Source: an uncultured Ruminococcus sp. (GTDB lineage: Bacteria > Bacillota > Clostridia > UBA1212). From it: a stretch of DNA of 48,003 nt. The notes beneath the pieces are model-generated. The model was not told the DNA's origin. It saw only the letters and a program-made list of their open reading frames with translations, and did not search any database. The position numbers were made by a program, and so were the translations under genes. Position 1 is the first letter of the stretch; the number at the start of each line of letters is the position of its first letter. The stretch spans positions 1-48,003 of the forward strand of contig CACZNV010000157.1 in assembly GCA_902782645.1 (NCBI GenBank), given 5' to 3'. Below, piece by piece: positions 8,547 to 18,875 of the stretch.

Positions 8547-9788
8547 ATGGAATTTGGAAAACCGAAACTTGATAAACGGACAGCTGTCATTCTTGCTCTG
8601 ACCTTTTTCATAAGCCTTTCCGTCATTCTCGGAATAGCCTGCGGAATGCTTTTTGGCGAGCTTCGCCGCGTTCAGAACGCCCGCATTCAGCCTTCGGCGT
8701 CAGTGCCGATTGAAGACAAGAGCATTGCCGATGTCATCAATTACATCGAGAAGCTCATGGAGCTCTCTTCCGTCAAGGAGCGGGACGAGGATTACAAAGC
8801 CAACGTCATCAATGCCTACCTTGCCGGGACGGGCGACCCCTACGCGTACTACTACACTGCCGAGGAATGGGCCAAGTCATCCGCGGAGGATGAGGGAAGC
8901 AGCTATGGCATTGGCGTCATCGTGAACTGGACCGGGGAGAATATATACATTGCCCGCGTCATGAGCGACTCCCCTGCCGCAAGAGCGGGGCTTCAGATTG
9001 GCGACAGGATTAACGGCGTCAACGGAACTTCTTTCGAGGGGCTGACATACCAGGAGGCGGTCGCACTGTGCCGCGGCGAAAAGGGTGAAGAAAAAGTTTA
9101 TGAGGTGAAGCGCGGCGACGAAACCATGACCGTTAAGATTGTGTGCGGCGATTATGTTGTCGAGAGCGTTTTCACTGAGATTAAGGAGTATAACGGTTCG
9201 AAAATCGGGGTTATTGAGATCACTCAGTTCATCTACCCCACTCCGAACGAGCTGAAGAAAGCCGTTGAGCTCTGCGTCAGCGAGAACTGTGATGGCATCA
9301 TTTTTGACATGCGCGAAAATCCCGGCGGACTTCTCACTTCCGTTCTGGATTCCCTGGACTACCTGCTCCCTGAAGGCGTCACCATCCGCATCACCGCCAA
9401 GGACAGCGCCAACAACGAGACCTACAGCTCCGATGCAGCCTACGCCACAGACCTTCCCTACGTCATACTCGCCAATCAGGGCACTGCCAGCGCAGGTGAG
9501 CTCTTCACGGCCTGCATGCGGGATTTTGACCGCGCCACTATCATTGGCGTCACCACCTTCGGCAAGGGCTGCGGTCAGACGCCCTACCCGCTTATTGACG
9601 GCGGGCACGTCAAGTTCACAACTTTTTACTACGCACCGCCAATTTCCGACAACTACGACGGCGTCGGCATCATCCCGGACATCGAGGTTCAGATGCCCGA
9701 GGAGTACAAGGAATACAGTTCTTCCCTGGTTCCCGAGGACCGGGACACCCAGATGATTGCGGCCCTGGATTTTCTCACAAAGAAATAA
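8547..9788 (+). CDS. S41-family C-terminal processing peptidase with PDZ domain
   Basis: 413-aa ORF with an N-terminal TM anchor. The PDZ-like segment is GIGVIVNW...VMSDSPAARAGLQIGDRINGVNG. The catalytic region is ANQGTASAGELF...TFGKG. Confidence 0.9.
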   Translation: MEFGKPKLDKRTAVILALTFFISLSVILGIACGMLFGELRRVQNARIQPSASVPIEDKSIADVINYIEKLMELSSVKERDEDYKANVINAYLAGTGDPYAYYYTAEEWAKSSAEDEGSSYGIGVIVNWTGENIYIARVMSDSPAARAGLQIGDRINGVNGTSFEGLTYQEAVALCRGEKGEEKVYEVKRGDETMTVKIVCGDYVVESVFTEIKEYNGSKIGVIEITQFIYPTPNELKKAVELCVSENCDGIIFDMRENPGGLLTSVLDSLDYLLPEGVTIRITAKDSANNETYSSDAAYATDLPYVILANQGTASAGELFTACMRDFDRATIIGVTTFGKGCGQTPYPLIDGGHVKFTTFYYAPPISDNYDGVGIIPDIEVQMPEEYKEYSSSLVPEDRDTQMIAALDFLTKK

Positions 9789-9812
9789 CCAATGCAATTG
9801 TATGCATTCATG

Positions 9813-9842
9813 CGGCTGACTGTTCAGGTCAGCCGTTTTTTT
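9813..9842 (+). terminator. Rho-independent terminator
   Basis: The 8-bp stem CGGCTGAC/GTCAGCCG has a 7-nt loop and is followed by T7. It sits 25 nt after the peptidase stop codon. Confidence 0.8.
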
Positions 9843-9933
9843 ATTTCCGACCGTTGACGGATTCTTGAAAATATTGTTCAATTAAAGAGCTTCGAAGTGT
9901 CTTTGGGAATAAAAAGCGGAGGGTTGTTGAGAA

Positions 9934-10614
9934 GTGAAAATTCGCTTTTTCGGGAGGATTATCATAATACCTCCCTGGCTTAAGTACACCTTTATCGGCG
10001 TTTTACTGGTTGCGCTTTCGGTCGCGGGTTTTCTTATAACGAAGCAGGCAAAGTCCGGGGTTGTGGGCACGGTCACCAATCCGGAAAACGGCAGGTCCTA
10101 CGTCAGAGAGACCTCTCAGCAGACTTCTGTTCCGCTTACGTTTCCACCCGAGACACCGGGGCCTGAGATGATTACGGTGTATATTGTGGGCGCCATCGAA
10201 AAGTCTGACGTTTACGACATTCCCGCAGGGAGCATACTTAACGACCTGGTCAAGCTGGCGGGAGGTTTTTCGGAAGGTGCGGATAAAGAAGCCATAAATC
10301 TTGCGTCCGCGCTGTCAAACGGCATGATGGTCAGGATTCCGTTTATTGGCGATAAAGATAAGCGCTGGGTTGTGGACGAGGGGACAAGCGGTTCGAGCGG
10401 CCATAGCATCTCTAACGGGGGTCTTGTGAATATAAACACTGCAGGGGTTGCGGAGCTTTGCACTCTGCCCGGGGTCGGCGAGAGCACCGCCCTCAAGATT
10501 ATAAGCTACAGGACTGAAAACGGAGCTTTTGCGGATATAACCGACATAATGAAGGTTGGCGGCATAAAAAGCGCCAGGTTTAACGAGATTAAAAACTTTA
10601 TCACAGTAGGCTGA
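9934..10614 (+). CDS. comEA: ComEA-family DNA receptor (SLBB plus tandem helix-hairpin-helix)
   Basis: 226-aa ORF with a GTG start and GGAGGG 10 nt upstream. It has an N-terminal TM helix. The C-terminus VNINTAGVAELCTLPGVGESTALKIISYRTENGAF is typical of ComEA. Confidence 0.85.
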   Translation: MKIRFFGRIIIIPPWLKYTFIGVLLVALSVAGFLITKQAKSGVVGTVTNPENGRSYVRETSQQTSVPLTFPPETPGPEMITVYIVGAIEKSDVYDIPAGSILNDLVKLAGGFSEGADKEAINLASALSNGMMVRIPFIGDKDKRWVVDEGTSGSSGHSISNGGLVNINTAGVAELCTLPGVGESTALKIISYRTENGAFADITDIMKVGGIKSARFNEIKNFITVG

Positions 10615-10644
10615 AAGCAGGCGGCTTCCCCGGAGTGTGCCTGA

Positions 10645-11847
10645 TCATCTCATGCTTTTGAATTCAAGCCTCAGGATTATCTCTCTGAGCTCTCTTGAGG
10701 TTTCTTTACCCGTGGGCTGTTTGAGGGTGTAAAGCGCGGCGCCTGAGACCTTTGCAAGGCGGTAATCATATTTGCTCACGTCAACGGAAGCGGTCTTTTC
10801 CTCCGTCACCCGGCCGGCCCTTTTCCGGAAGATTTCCTCCGGTTCTGTCTCCGGGGGCAGAACGTTTATGTGAAGAAGCCCGAATTCTTTTTTGAGGCTT
10901 TCTGCGTTGCAGCGGCTTTGTCCGAGGACATCCGAAAAATAAATGGGATTTGTAATCACTGTGAGCGATTTGACGGGACTTCCCGGGTTTACGGACGCTG
11001 CGCAAAGAGCGTCTTTCATTGCCGAAAGAGCATCATAGGACCTTACGAGCTGTCCGAAGGCCTCATGGTAGGGACCGCCAACCACTTCGCTCCCTGCGCC
11101 CTCTCTCGAGATTGAACCTGTTGACTGGAGCCCTATTCTTGCCACGGAGATACCGTTTTTTGCATATATCTCGCAAAGCTTCGAGCAGAGTCTGACCGCA
11201 GCTTCCGTGGACATGGGTATATACGCACCGGCCTCGTAATCCCTGCAGAGCTTGGTATTTTTGACGACTATTGTGGGATAGATCCTGACAAAATCCGGCT
11301 TTTGCGCGGCTATTTCCCTTGCCGTGTTAAGGTCGCTCTCTTCGGTGGCCCCCGGAAGTCCGGTCATGGTCTGAAGCCCCAGCACGAAGCCGTTTTCCTT
11401 AAGGAGCTTCGACGCTGCCCGGGTGTCCTCCGCGGTGTGGCCCCTTTCGGAAAGTGCCAGCACTTTGTCGTCCATGGACTGGGCTCCAAGCTCGACGATT
11501 CCCACCGAGTACTTTTTGAGCCGCTCTGCCGTGATTTGGTCGATTGCATCCGGCCTCGTTGAGATGCGTATGACGTCAACAAACCCGCCGTTTTTCTTCA
11601 AGAACGGCGCTGCAGCCTTCAAGTAGTGCTCCTGGGAGGCGGGTTCGATTGCCGTGAAGCTGCCGCCGAAAAAGGCGATTTCAACCTCGTCATACCTTTG
11701 AGCCTCGCTCCGGAAGCTCTCGATTTTGGCGGCAATCTCCCCTTCTCTGGGAAGCTTTGTGCTTCCGCTTATTATCTTTTGATTGCAAAAGCAGCAATCG
11801 TGTGGGCAGCCTGCGTGAGGCACGAAAATCGGAATAACTAAAATCAT
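10645..11847 (-). CDS. Radical SAM protein (ELP3/MiaB-like superfamily, function unassigned)
   Basis: 400-aa ORF. The N-terminal PHAGCPHDCCFCNQ is a CxxxCxxC-type cluster motif. Confidence 0.8.
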   Translation of the reverse strand: MILVIPIFVPHAGCPHDCCFCNQKIISGSTKLPREGEIAAKIESFRSEAQRYDEVEIAFFGGSFTAIEPASQEHYLKAAAPFLKKNGGFVDVIRISTRPDAIDQITAERLKKYSVGIVELGAQSMDDKVLALSERGHTAEDTRAASKLLKENGFVLGLQTMTGLPGATEESDLNTAREIAAQKPDFVRIYPTIVVKNTKLCRDYEAGAYIPMSTEAAVRLCSKLCEIYAKNGISVARIGLQSTGSISREGAGSEVVGGPYHEAFGQLVRSYDALSAMKDALCAASVNPGSPVKSLTVITNPIYFSDVLGQSRCNAESLKKEFGLLHINVLPPETEPEEIFRKRAGRVTEEKTASVDVSKYDYRLAKVSGAALYTLKQPTGKETSRELREIILRLEFKSMR

Positions 11848-11961
11848 TTTTGCGGATTTTTGGAAGCAGGGCGCCCGGGCTCCTGCCGGGCGCCCTGCGC
11901 CAACCTGTCAAACTGTTTTAAAGCTTTAAATCATCTCTCCTGCCGGAGCATCGGTAATGCT

Positions 11962-12696
11962 TCAGGCGTTATTCTCCTGTCTGAGCTTTTCGGGAGATTC
12001 GCACCAGGGGGAGTCGAGAGACTCTCTTGCGTTGCAGGGAGCCGCCCATCTGACCGCGTTCTTCAGGATTCTCTGAATGTTCGGATTATAGTATGTGGGA
12101 TGCTCTTCATGGCCGGGCTGGAAATAGAATATCTTGCCGTAGCCTCTTCTGAAGGTGCAGCCGCTGCGGAACACTTCGCCGCCCTTGAACCAGCCGATGA
12201 AAATGATATCCTCCGGAACCGGAATATCAAAGTACTCACCGTACATTTCCTCATGCTCGAGTTCGAAGTAGCCGTCGATTCCCTTGGCGATGGGGTGTGA
12301 AGGATTCACGTTCCAGACTCTTTCGCGGTCGTTGTCGCGCCATCTCAAGCCGCAGGATGTTCCCATGAGCATTGTGAAGGGCTTGCTGAGGTGGGCCGAG
12401 TGAAGAGCTATGAAGCCCATTCCCTTGAGAACCCGGGCCTTGACCTTTGCCGCAACTTCATCCGGAATCTCGTTATGCTTAACGTGCGCCCACCAGATGA
12501 GCACATCCGTTGAATTCAGAATTTCGTCCGAAAGACCGTACTCGGGGTCGCTCATCGTAACCGTTCTGACCTCTATGTCGCTTTCCTCCGAAAGGAAACC
12601 GGCAATGGCTCCGTGTATGCCGTCAGGATAGATTATTCTTACTTCCGGGTTGATGGTCTCGTGAAAGAACTCGTTCCATACCGTAACTCTTAACAT
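11962..12696 (-). CDS. ThuA-domain (trehalose-utilisation-like) protein
   Basis: I trimmed the ORF to the ATG at 12696 (MLRVTVWNEF...), which has GGAGG 8 nt upstream. N-termini of the form RVTVWNE are typical of ThuA-like proteins. Confidence 0.7.
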   Translation of the reverse strand: MLRVTVWNEFFHETINPEVRIIYPDGIHGAIAGFLSEESDIEVRTVTMSDPEYGLSDEILNSTDVLIWWAHVKHNEIPDEVAAKVKARVLKGMGFIALHSAHLSKPFTMLMGTSCGLRWRDNDRERVWNVNPSHPIAKGIDGYFELEHEEMYGEYFDIPVPEDIIFIGWFKGGEVFRSGCTFRRGYGKIFYFQPGHEEHPTYYNPNIQRILKNAVRWAAPCNARESLDSPWCESPEKLRQENNA

Positions 12697-12839
12697 ATTC
12701 AAAACCTCCGCATTTTCCTCAGCTGATTTGGGGACAGTCCACCCATCGTTCAAATGTCAAATACTCATTTTATGTGGCTTTATATGGACGGAAACACCAC
12801 TTGGCGTCTCCGATGTATCCAAAGCAAGCCTGTTTCGGT

Positions 12840-13550
12840 TCAGGCCTTTTGTTTCAGCATCTCAATGAATGCGCCGGCAGCCGCCTGTTCGGCCTCTTTT
12901 TTGCTGCCGCCCTTCCCGGTTGAGAAAAAGCTGTCGCCAAGCTTTTCGGAAGTCACCTTGGCGGTATACACCCGCATGTGGTCCGGGCCTTCCTCGCCAA
13001 TGATTTCATACCGGGCCCTGTCACCTTTTGCCGCAAGCAGCTCCTGGAGTCCCGATTTAAAATCGTGGACGATAACTTCATTGCTCTTTTCCGAGATCAG
13101 CTTTATAAAGAAAGGAAGCATGACCTTTTTAGCCGCCTCGAACCCGCCGTCAACAAAAACAGCCGCCGCAATGCTTTCCATCGCGTCCGAAAGGATCGAG
13201 GGCTTCATCCTGCCTCCCGTTTTGAACTCGCCGATACCCAGTTTGATTGCGTCGGGAACGCCAAGGCTCACCGCCAGCTCCGAAAGGGTCTCCTCACAGA
13301 CCACCGAAGCGCGGATCTTTGACATTTTTCCTTCCGGCAGTTCCGGAAAACGCTCGTAAAGGTAGGAGGCGACAATGAGCCCCACTACTGCGTCGCCGAC
13401 AAACTCCAGCCTCTCGTTGCTGCGGAGATGGGCATTGGCGTCATATTTCTCGTAGGCATACGATGTGTGCCTCAGAGCGTTTTTCAGCAGTCCGATGTCC
13501 TTAAATATGTATCCAAGTCTCTCTTGGAGCTCTTCTGCTCTAAAAGACAT
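12840..13550 (-). CDS. rnc: Ribonuclease III
   Basis: 236-aa ORF with the NERLEFVGDAV signature and a C-terminal dsRBD (GPDHMRVY...GGSKKEAEQAAA). Confidence 0.95.
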   Translation of the reverse strand: MSFRAEELQERLGYIFKDIGLLKNALRHTSYAYEKYDANAHLRSNERLEFVGDAVVGLIVASYLYERFPELPEGKMSKIRASVVCEETLSELAVSLGVPDAIKLGIGEFKTGGRMKPSILSDAMESIAAAVFVDGGFEAAKKVMLPFFIKLISEKSNEVIVHDFKSGLQELLAAKGDRARYEIIGEEGPDHMRVYTAKVTSEKLGDSFFSTGKGGSKKEAEQAAAGAFIEMLKQKA

Positions 13551-13562
13551 TTTCTTTTCAGA

Positions 13563-13796
13563 TCAATCGTTGCTCTTGTGGGCCTCAACATAGCTGACAA
13601 TGTCGCTGACAGTGTTGATCTTTTCAGCATCCTCGTCAGGAATCTCCAGACCGAACTTCTCTTCAAGAGCCATAACCAACTCAACAACGTCAAGCGAATC
13701 CGCTCCGAGATCGTCAATGATGGAAGTCTCGGGAGTGATCTTGTCGGGCTCAGCGGAAAGCTGCTCTGCGATAATTGCTTTTATTTGTTCAAACAT
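13563..13796 (-). CDS. acpP: Acyl carrier protein
   Basis: Contains the [21 protein letters not shown] phosphopantetheine site. I moved the start to the ATG at 13796 (MFEQIK), which has GGAGG 8 nt upstream. Confidence 0.95.
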   Translation of the reverse strand: MFEQIKAIIAEQLSAEPDKITPETSIIDDLGADSLDVVELVMALEEKFGLEIPDEDAEKINTVSDIVSYVEAHKSND

Positions 13797-13819
13797 TTTG
13801 GTTTCCTCCATTATAGTAA

Positions 13820-14824
13820 TCAATCCGAGGTCTGAAACGTTGCCATTTCGACCTTCAGCTGATCAATCATTTTAGCTTCGGCAATCTTATTTGCCTTAAG
13901 AAGCACAAATTTTATAGTCCTTGCCTTGGAGCTGCCGTGGCTCTTGATGAGCAATCCGTCAACGCCAAGCAGCGGTGCGCCGCCAAGAACATCCGTATCG
14001 AGCTTGCGCTTAAGTCCCATCAGTCTCTTCTTCATGAAAAGCGCGCCCAGCTTTGACATTGGCGTGCCCGTCATAACGCTCTTAATCTCTCCGAAGAAGA
14101 AATCCGAAGAGCCCTCGATAAGCTTAAGCATAACATTCCCGGTAAACCCGTCAGTCACAAGCACATCGGTGAGATCGTTGAAAAAGTCTCTCGTTTCAAT
14201 GTTTCCCACATAATTGAGGGAGGTTTCCTTAAGGAGCGCATTGGCTTCTTTCACGTCAACGCTTCCTTTTTTCTCCTCCACACCGATATTCACAAGGCCC
14301 ACCCTTGGATTTTCAATTCCGTCCGCGGCCTTCACATAGGCACTGCCAAGGTAGGCAAACTGAACATAGTTTATCGGTTTAATGTTCGTATTGAATCCGG
14401 AATCCAGGAGAAGCACATGTCCCCTCTTGGTCGGAACAGCGCTGGCAACCGCAGGTCTGTCCACACCCGGAAGTTTCTTCAAAATCATAACGGCTCCGGC
14501 AAGAAGCGCACCGCTGTTTCCTGCAGAAACAAAGCAGTCAACTTTTTTGTCCCGCAGAAGCTCAAAGCCCACCACCATCGATGAGTCCTTTTTCTGCTTC
14601 ACAGCCCTTGTCGGAACGTCTTCATTGTCTATAATCTCAGTCGTAGGTCTTATGGATATGCGCTCGCCGGCATACCCCTCTTTTTCAAGCACATTCTTTA
14701 TTGCTTTTTCGTCGCCAATAAGAAGCACGTCAAAGCCTTCGGCTTCGCGTACGGCAAGAATCGCACCTTTAACTATTTCGTCCGGAGCATTGTCTCCGCC
14801 CATGGCGTCAAGAGCAATAATCAT
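13820..14824 (-). CDS. plsX: Phosphate acyltransferase PlsX
   Basis: 334-aa ORF with the N-terminus [12 protein letters not shown]. Its position is conserved upstream of acpP. Confidence 0.95.
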   Translation of the reverse strand: MIIALDAMGGDNAPDEIVKGAILAVREAEGFDVLLIGDEKAIKNVLEKEGYAGERISIRPTTEIIDNEDVPTRAVKQKKDSSMVVGFELLRDKKVDCFVSAGNSGALLAGAVMILKKLPGVDRPAVASAVPTKRGHVLLLDSGFNTNIKPINYVQFAYLGSAYVKAADGIENPRVGLVNIGVEEKKGSVDVKEANALLKETSLNYVGNIETRDFFNDLTDVLVTDGFTGNVMLKLIEGSSDFFFGEIKSVMTGTPMSKLGALFMKKRLMGLKRKLDTDVLGGAPLLGVDGLLIKSHGSSKARTIKFVLLKANKIAEAKMIDQLKVEMATFQTSD

Positions 14825-14856
14825 AAAAATCTCCCGCTTAAGGCAAGTTCGCAGAT

Positions 14857-15438
14857 TTACTTGAAAACTTCCTTGTTCTTAACAAAATACTCGATTCCGG
14901 AAACGATGGTCATCACAACCGCAAGTCCCATTACTACATGTCCGACAATTGTAATCCAGTAATTCAGCGGCTGCCAGATCAGTCCCAGCACTTTCGCCGA
15001 AAGAAGCGTTGTAAGCGATGTGGTCTGAAGAGTGGTTTTAATCTTTCCGAGTTTGCCTGCGGCAATAACTTTGCCTTTCACCGCGGCAATCTGTCTGAGT
15101 CCCGAAACCGCAAACTCACGGATGAGAATGATCATCGAAGGCCAGACGTAAAAATGCCATTCCGCGCAGAAGCAGAGGAGCGCCGCCGTAACAAGCAGCT
15201 TGTCGGCAATCGGATCCAGGAACTTGCCAAGGTCCGTCACCTCATTGCGTTTTCTTGCCAGCTTTCCGTCCCAAATATCCGTCAGCTCAGCCACAACGAA
15301 AAACACGAGGGCAGCTATGATTCTGACATAGTCAAGCCAAAGCGGAAACCTTTCCTGATACGGAAGCGGGAACGCGGCAATCATAAAAAACGGAATCAAG
15401 AATATTCTTGAAAGCGTCAACTTATTGGAAAGAGTCAA
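14857..15438 (-). CDS. pgsA: CDP-diacylglycerol--glycerol-3-phosphate 3-phosphatidyltransferase
   Basis: Carries the CDP-alcohol phosphotransferase motif DIWDGKLARK...DPIADKL. I favour the TTG at 15438 (G5 lies 7 nt upstream). The longer ORF runs to 15465. Confidence 0.88.
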   Translation of the reverse strand: MTLSNKLTLSRIFLIPFFMIAAFPLPYQERFPLWLDYVRIIAALVFFVVAELTDIWDGKLARKRNEVTDLGKFLDPIADKLLVTAALLCFCAEWHFYVWPSMIILIREFAVSGLRQIAAVKGKVIAAGKLGKIKTTLQTTSLTTLLSAKVLGLIWQPLNYWITIVGHVVMGLAVVMTIVSGIEYFVKNKEVFK

Positions 15439-15519
15439 ATAGACACCCCCTTTTTTTGTCTGCAAACGGCGTGTCCCAAAAAGACACAGCTTGTAATATA
15501 AAACAAATCCGCTCTTATG

Positions 15520-16959
15520 TCAATCGGAATCGGCACATTCCTCTCCCGTCACGTCGTATTCCTCCGCAACAAGCACCTTGACATTGACCACATCGCCAAT
15601 GGAATGCTCACCTTTTGCGGCAAAATAGACGTTCCCATCCTCCTCGGGGGCCTCCATATAGGACCGTCCCACATAGAATATCCCGTCCTCAGAAACAGAG
15701 TCAATTATCACCGGAAACACCTTTCCCACTCTGCCTCTGTTGAACTCCCGCGACACCTTTTGCTGCACCGCCATAAGTTCCTTTTGGCGGCGATTCTTCG
15801 TCGACGGAGGGAGCTGCCTGTTCAAATTGGCGGCAGGTGTGCCGTCCTCTTTCGAATATGTGAACACGCCAACCCTTTCAAGTCTCGTCTCCCGCAAAAA
15901 CTCAAGGAGCTCCCTGTGGTCATCCTCCGTCTCCCCCGGGAAACCGGTAATGAGGGACGTTCTGATCACGCATCCCGGTATTTTTTCTCTGAGTTCCTTT
16001 ATTACATCCCTGTAGAGCTTGCCGTTTCCCCGCCTGTTCATGCGTTTAAGCACGCTGTCGCTGATGTGCTGAAGGGGAATATCAAAATACGGCACCACCT
16101 TTTTGCAGCCGCTTATTGCATCCAGTATCTCTTCGGTAATCTCATCCGGGTAAAGGTACAAAATCCTTATAAATCTGATGCCTTCAATCCTGTCAAGCTC
16201 CGCCAGAAGCTCCGGAAGCAGCGATTTTCCGGCTATATCCGTACCGTACATGGTCGTATCCTGCGCCACAACCACAATTTCTTTCACGCCCTGGCCGGCA
16301 AGTATTTTCGCCTCCGAAACGAGCTTTTCCACCGGTCTGCTTCTGAAGGCGCCCCTTATCGAAGGAATCGCACAGTATGTGCACCTGTTCGAGCACCCCT
16401 CCGCAATCTTAAGATAGGCATAACTTTTCGGCGTGGTGAGCACTCTCTCGCCGTCAAGGTACGAAAGATCCGTCTCCTCGCAGTCGTCATAATAGCAAAG
16501 GCGCCTGCTTTTTTCAGCAGCTGCCCTGCTTTCCGGGTTCTCAGTTTTAATGACCTTTTCTCCGGTTATTATGCTCCGGATTGCTTCGCAGACATTCGAA
16601 TAACCGTATGATCCCACCACCGCATCGGCCTCAGGAATGGACCTGACAATGTTTTTCCCATATCTCTGGGCAAGGCACCCCGCAACCACAATACCCTTCA
16701 CATTTCCGGTTTTCTTAAGCTCCGCAACCTCAAGTATGGTATCGATGGCCTCCTGTTTGCTGTCCTCGATGAAGCCGCAGGTGTTCACAACGACAATGTC
16801 CGCATCGCCAATGTCACCCGTCACGCCGTACCCGGCGTTCTTAATCAACCCGAGCATTATCTCGGAATCGACCCTGTTTTTAGCGCAGCCCAGGGATATC
16901 ATTCCCACTTTAACGGGCATGTCTTTTTCTATTCTCGGTTTTTTAATTCTAGCAGCCAT
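15520..16959 (-). CDS. rimO: Ribosomal protein S12 methylthiotransferase RimO
   Basis: 479-aa ORF. It has an N-terminal UPF0004 domain (VGMISLGCAKNRVDSE), a radical SAM CSNRCTYC motif and a C-terminal TRAM domain. The start is uncertain (16959 or an internal ATG at MPVKVG). Confidence 0.88.
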   Translation of the reverse strand: MAARIKKPRIEKDMPVKVGMISLGCAKNRVDSEIMLGLIKNAGYGVTGDIGDADIVVVNTCGFIEDSKQEAIDTILEVAELKKTGNVKGIVVAGCLAQRYGKNIVRSIPEADAVVGSYGYSNVCEAIRSIITGEKVIKTENPESRAAAEKSRRLCYYDDCEETDLSYLDGERVLTTPKSYAYLKIAEGCSNRCTYCAIPSIRGAFRSRPVEKLVSEAKILAGQGVKEIVVVAQDTTMYGTDIAGKSLLPELLAELDRIEGIRFIRILYLYPDEITEEILDAISGCKKVVPYFDIPLQHISDSVLKRMNRRGNGKLYRDVIKELREKIPGCVIRTSLITGFPGETEDDHRELLEFLRETRLERVGVFTYSKEDGTPAANLNRQLPPSTKNRRQKELMAVQQKVSREFNRGRVGKVFPVIIDSVSEDGIFYVGRSYMEAPEEDGNVYFAAKGEHSIGDVVNVKVLVAEEYDVTGEECADSD

Positions 16960-17000
16960 AAATCCGTTTCGCGCCCGGCGTTTTCAGCCGGGCGCATCTT

Positions 17001-17648
17001 TCAATTTTCTCCGAAAATATCGCCAAGTATATCCATAACAAGTCCCTGTCTGAACCCTTTGCTCATAAGATACCTTGCAATCTTTTCGTATCCGTCTCCG
17101 TTTTTTGCCTTCTTTTCGGCAATTTCTCTCGCTATCGGCTCGTCGTCCGTGAAGAATGCGGTGACTGCCTCATTGGCGGTTTCACTGTCTATGCCCTTTG
17201 CTTTAAGCTCCCGCAGCACAAGGTTTCTTGAGGATTTTCCCTTGTCGGCTTTTTCCCGGGCATATTTTTCGGCGTAGAGCCTGTCGCTTATCTCGCCCTC
17301 CGATGAGAGCTCCGCTATCGCCTCTTCAACGACTTCCTCAGAAAACCCTTTTGAAAGCATTTTCATTTTGATCGCCGCAGAAGGTTTTGGTGATGCTTTC
17401 GCCAGCGACAGCGACATCGCTCTGCACCTGTTGTAATTCACATCGTGAATTAGCTCCGAATAGGTTCTCCTGTTCTCCTCGCCGGACGCATAAAGGTCGT
17501 ACTTGAAATACTCTTCCGCACCGAAAACACCCGAAGAACCGTTTTCGAAAGTCACCGTGTAGGTTCCGTCCTCATTCTTCTCATGCTCTGCGGCTATATA
17601 TTTCCCGTCGCTTTCGCGAAGGCCCTTGGAAAGAGGTTCCCTTATCAT
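17001..17648 (-). CDS. recX: RecX-family regulatory protein
   Basis: 215-aa helical-repeat ORF immediately downstream of recA. The C-terminal repeats (LKAKGI..., LMSKGF...) are typical of RecX. Confidence 0.75.
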   Translation of the reverse strand: MIREPLSKGLRESDGKYIAAEHEKNEDGTYTVTFENGSSGVFGAEEYFKYDLYASGEENRRTYSELIHDVNYNRCRAMSLSLAKASPKPSAAIKMKMLSKGFSEEVVEEAIAELSSEGEISDRLYAEKYAREKADKGKSSRNLVLRELKAKGIDSETANEAVTAFFTDDEPIAREIAEKKAKNGDGYEKIARYLMSKGFRQGLVMDILGDIFGEN

Positions 17649-17669
17649 TTCACGCCACCGTTAAGGATT

Positions 17670-18719
17670 TCAATCCTCTTCGTTTTCGGTCTCCTCTATG
17701 GACATCGGCACATTGGCGGATGACGTAAGCATAACGGAGCGCAGCTTCTCTTCGATTTCCAGAGCCACCTCGGGGTTGTCCTCAAGGAATACCTTGGCGT
17801 TTTCTCTGCCCTGTCCGATGCGTTTTCCGTCGTAGCTGAACCAGGATCCGCTCTTCACAACGATATCATTAAGCACCGCAAAGTCGAGAAGGGATCCGGA
17901 TTTCGAAATACCCTTGCCGTAAATGATGTCGAATTCCACATTTTTGAAAGGCGGAGCCACTTTGTTCTTCACGATCTTTGCCTTTGTCTTGTTACCGACA
18001 ACTTCGCCGCCCTCTTTTATGACATCGGTCTTCCTGATATCGATTCTCACAGAGGAATAGAACTTAAGAGCTCTTCCGCCGGTGGTCGTCTCCGGATTTC
18101 CGAACATGACGCCAATCTTTTCTCTGAGCTGGTTGATGAAAATAGCAACCGTATTTGACTTGTTTATAACACCCGAAAGCTTTCTCAGGGCCTGCGACAT
18201 AAGTCTTGCCTGCATACCCATGAAAGATTCGCCCATCTCGCCGTTGATTTCGGCTTTCGGAACAAGCGCCGCCACAGAGTCTATAACTATAACATCAATC
18301 GCTCCGCTTCTCACAAGAGCCTCGGTTATTTCAAGCGCCTGTTCTCCCGTATCCGGCTGGGAAACAAGCAGATTGTCGATATCAACGCCAAGGTTCTGAG
18401 CATAGATCGGATCAAGGGCATGCTCCGCATCGATAAACGCGGCTGCGCCTCCCGCTTTCTGCGCCTCTGCGATAACATGAAGTGCGACTGTTGTCTTACC
18501 TGACGACTCAGGTCCGTAAATCTCCACAATTCTTCCGCGGGGGAGTCCTCCCACGCCAAGTGCGGCATCGAGTCCGATGCAACCGGTTGAAATAGCTTCA
18601 ACAGCCATGTGTTTGTTCTCGCCAAGCTTCATAACCGAGCCCTGACCGTATTGTTTTTCTATTCCTGCAATCGCGGCGTCAAGGGCAGCTTTCTTATCCA
18701 TCATCTTTTTCTCATCCAT
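17670..18719 (-). CDS. recA: Recombinase RecA
   Basis: Contains Walker [10 protein letters not shown] and the text-book RecA sequence ([13 protein letters not shown]). I set the start at the ATG at 18719, with GGAGGG 9 nt upstream. The longer ORF would include the promoter. Confidence 0.97.
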   Translation of the reverse strand: MDEKKMMDKKAALDAAIAGIEKQYGQGSVMKLGENKHMAVEAISTGCIGLDAALGVGGLPRGRIVEIYGPESSGKTTVALHVIAEAQKAGGAAAFIDAEHALDPIYAQNLGVDIDNLLVSQPDTGEQALEITEALVRSGAIDVIVIDSVAALVPKAEINGEMGESFMGMQARLMSQALRKLSGVINKSNTVAIFINQLREKIGVMFGNPETTTGGRALKFYSSVRIDIRKTDVIKEGGEVVGNKTKAKIVKNKVAPPFKNVEFDIIYGKGISKSGSLLDFAVLNDIVVKSGSWFSYDGKRIGQGRENAKVFLEDNPEVALEIEEKLRSVMLTSSANVPMSIEETENEED

Positions 18720-18768
18720 GTTTTTTATCCCTCCACGGTTGTTAAACCTTTCCGGTTTTGTCCGGAAT

Positions 18769-18797
18769 ATTTTACCATTTTTCTCGTCCCGAGTCAA
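18769..18797 (-). promoter_or_regulatory. recA promoter, TTGACT-17-TAAAAT with a TG extension
   Basis: The minus strand reads TTGACTcgggacgagaaaaaTGgTAAAAT. The -35 is at 18792..18797 and the -10 at 18769..18774. Confidence 0.65.
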
Positions 18798-18875
18798 TTG
18801 AGATTATCGGTTCGAAAAAGCGGTATCATCGCCAATATTTCCCTATTTATAGTAATTTTTGAAAGCGTCTTTTCT

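Noticed and set aside
18720-18830. The N-terminal extension of recA (ORF start 18797) and a LexA/Cheo box upstream of recA.
   Set aside because: The extension would place the TTGACT-17-TAAAAT promoter and the GGAGGG RBS inside the coding sequence. The only GAAC-containing candidate (CGAACCGATAATC) matches just one half of the GAAC-N4-GTTC consensus, so I do not call an SOS box.
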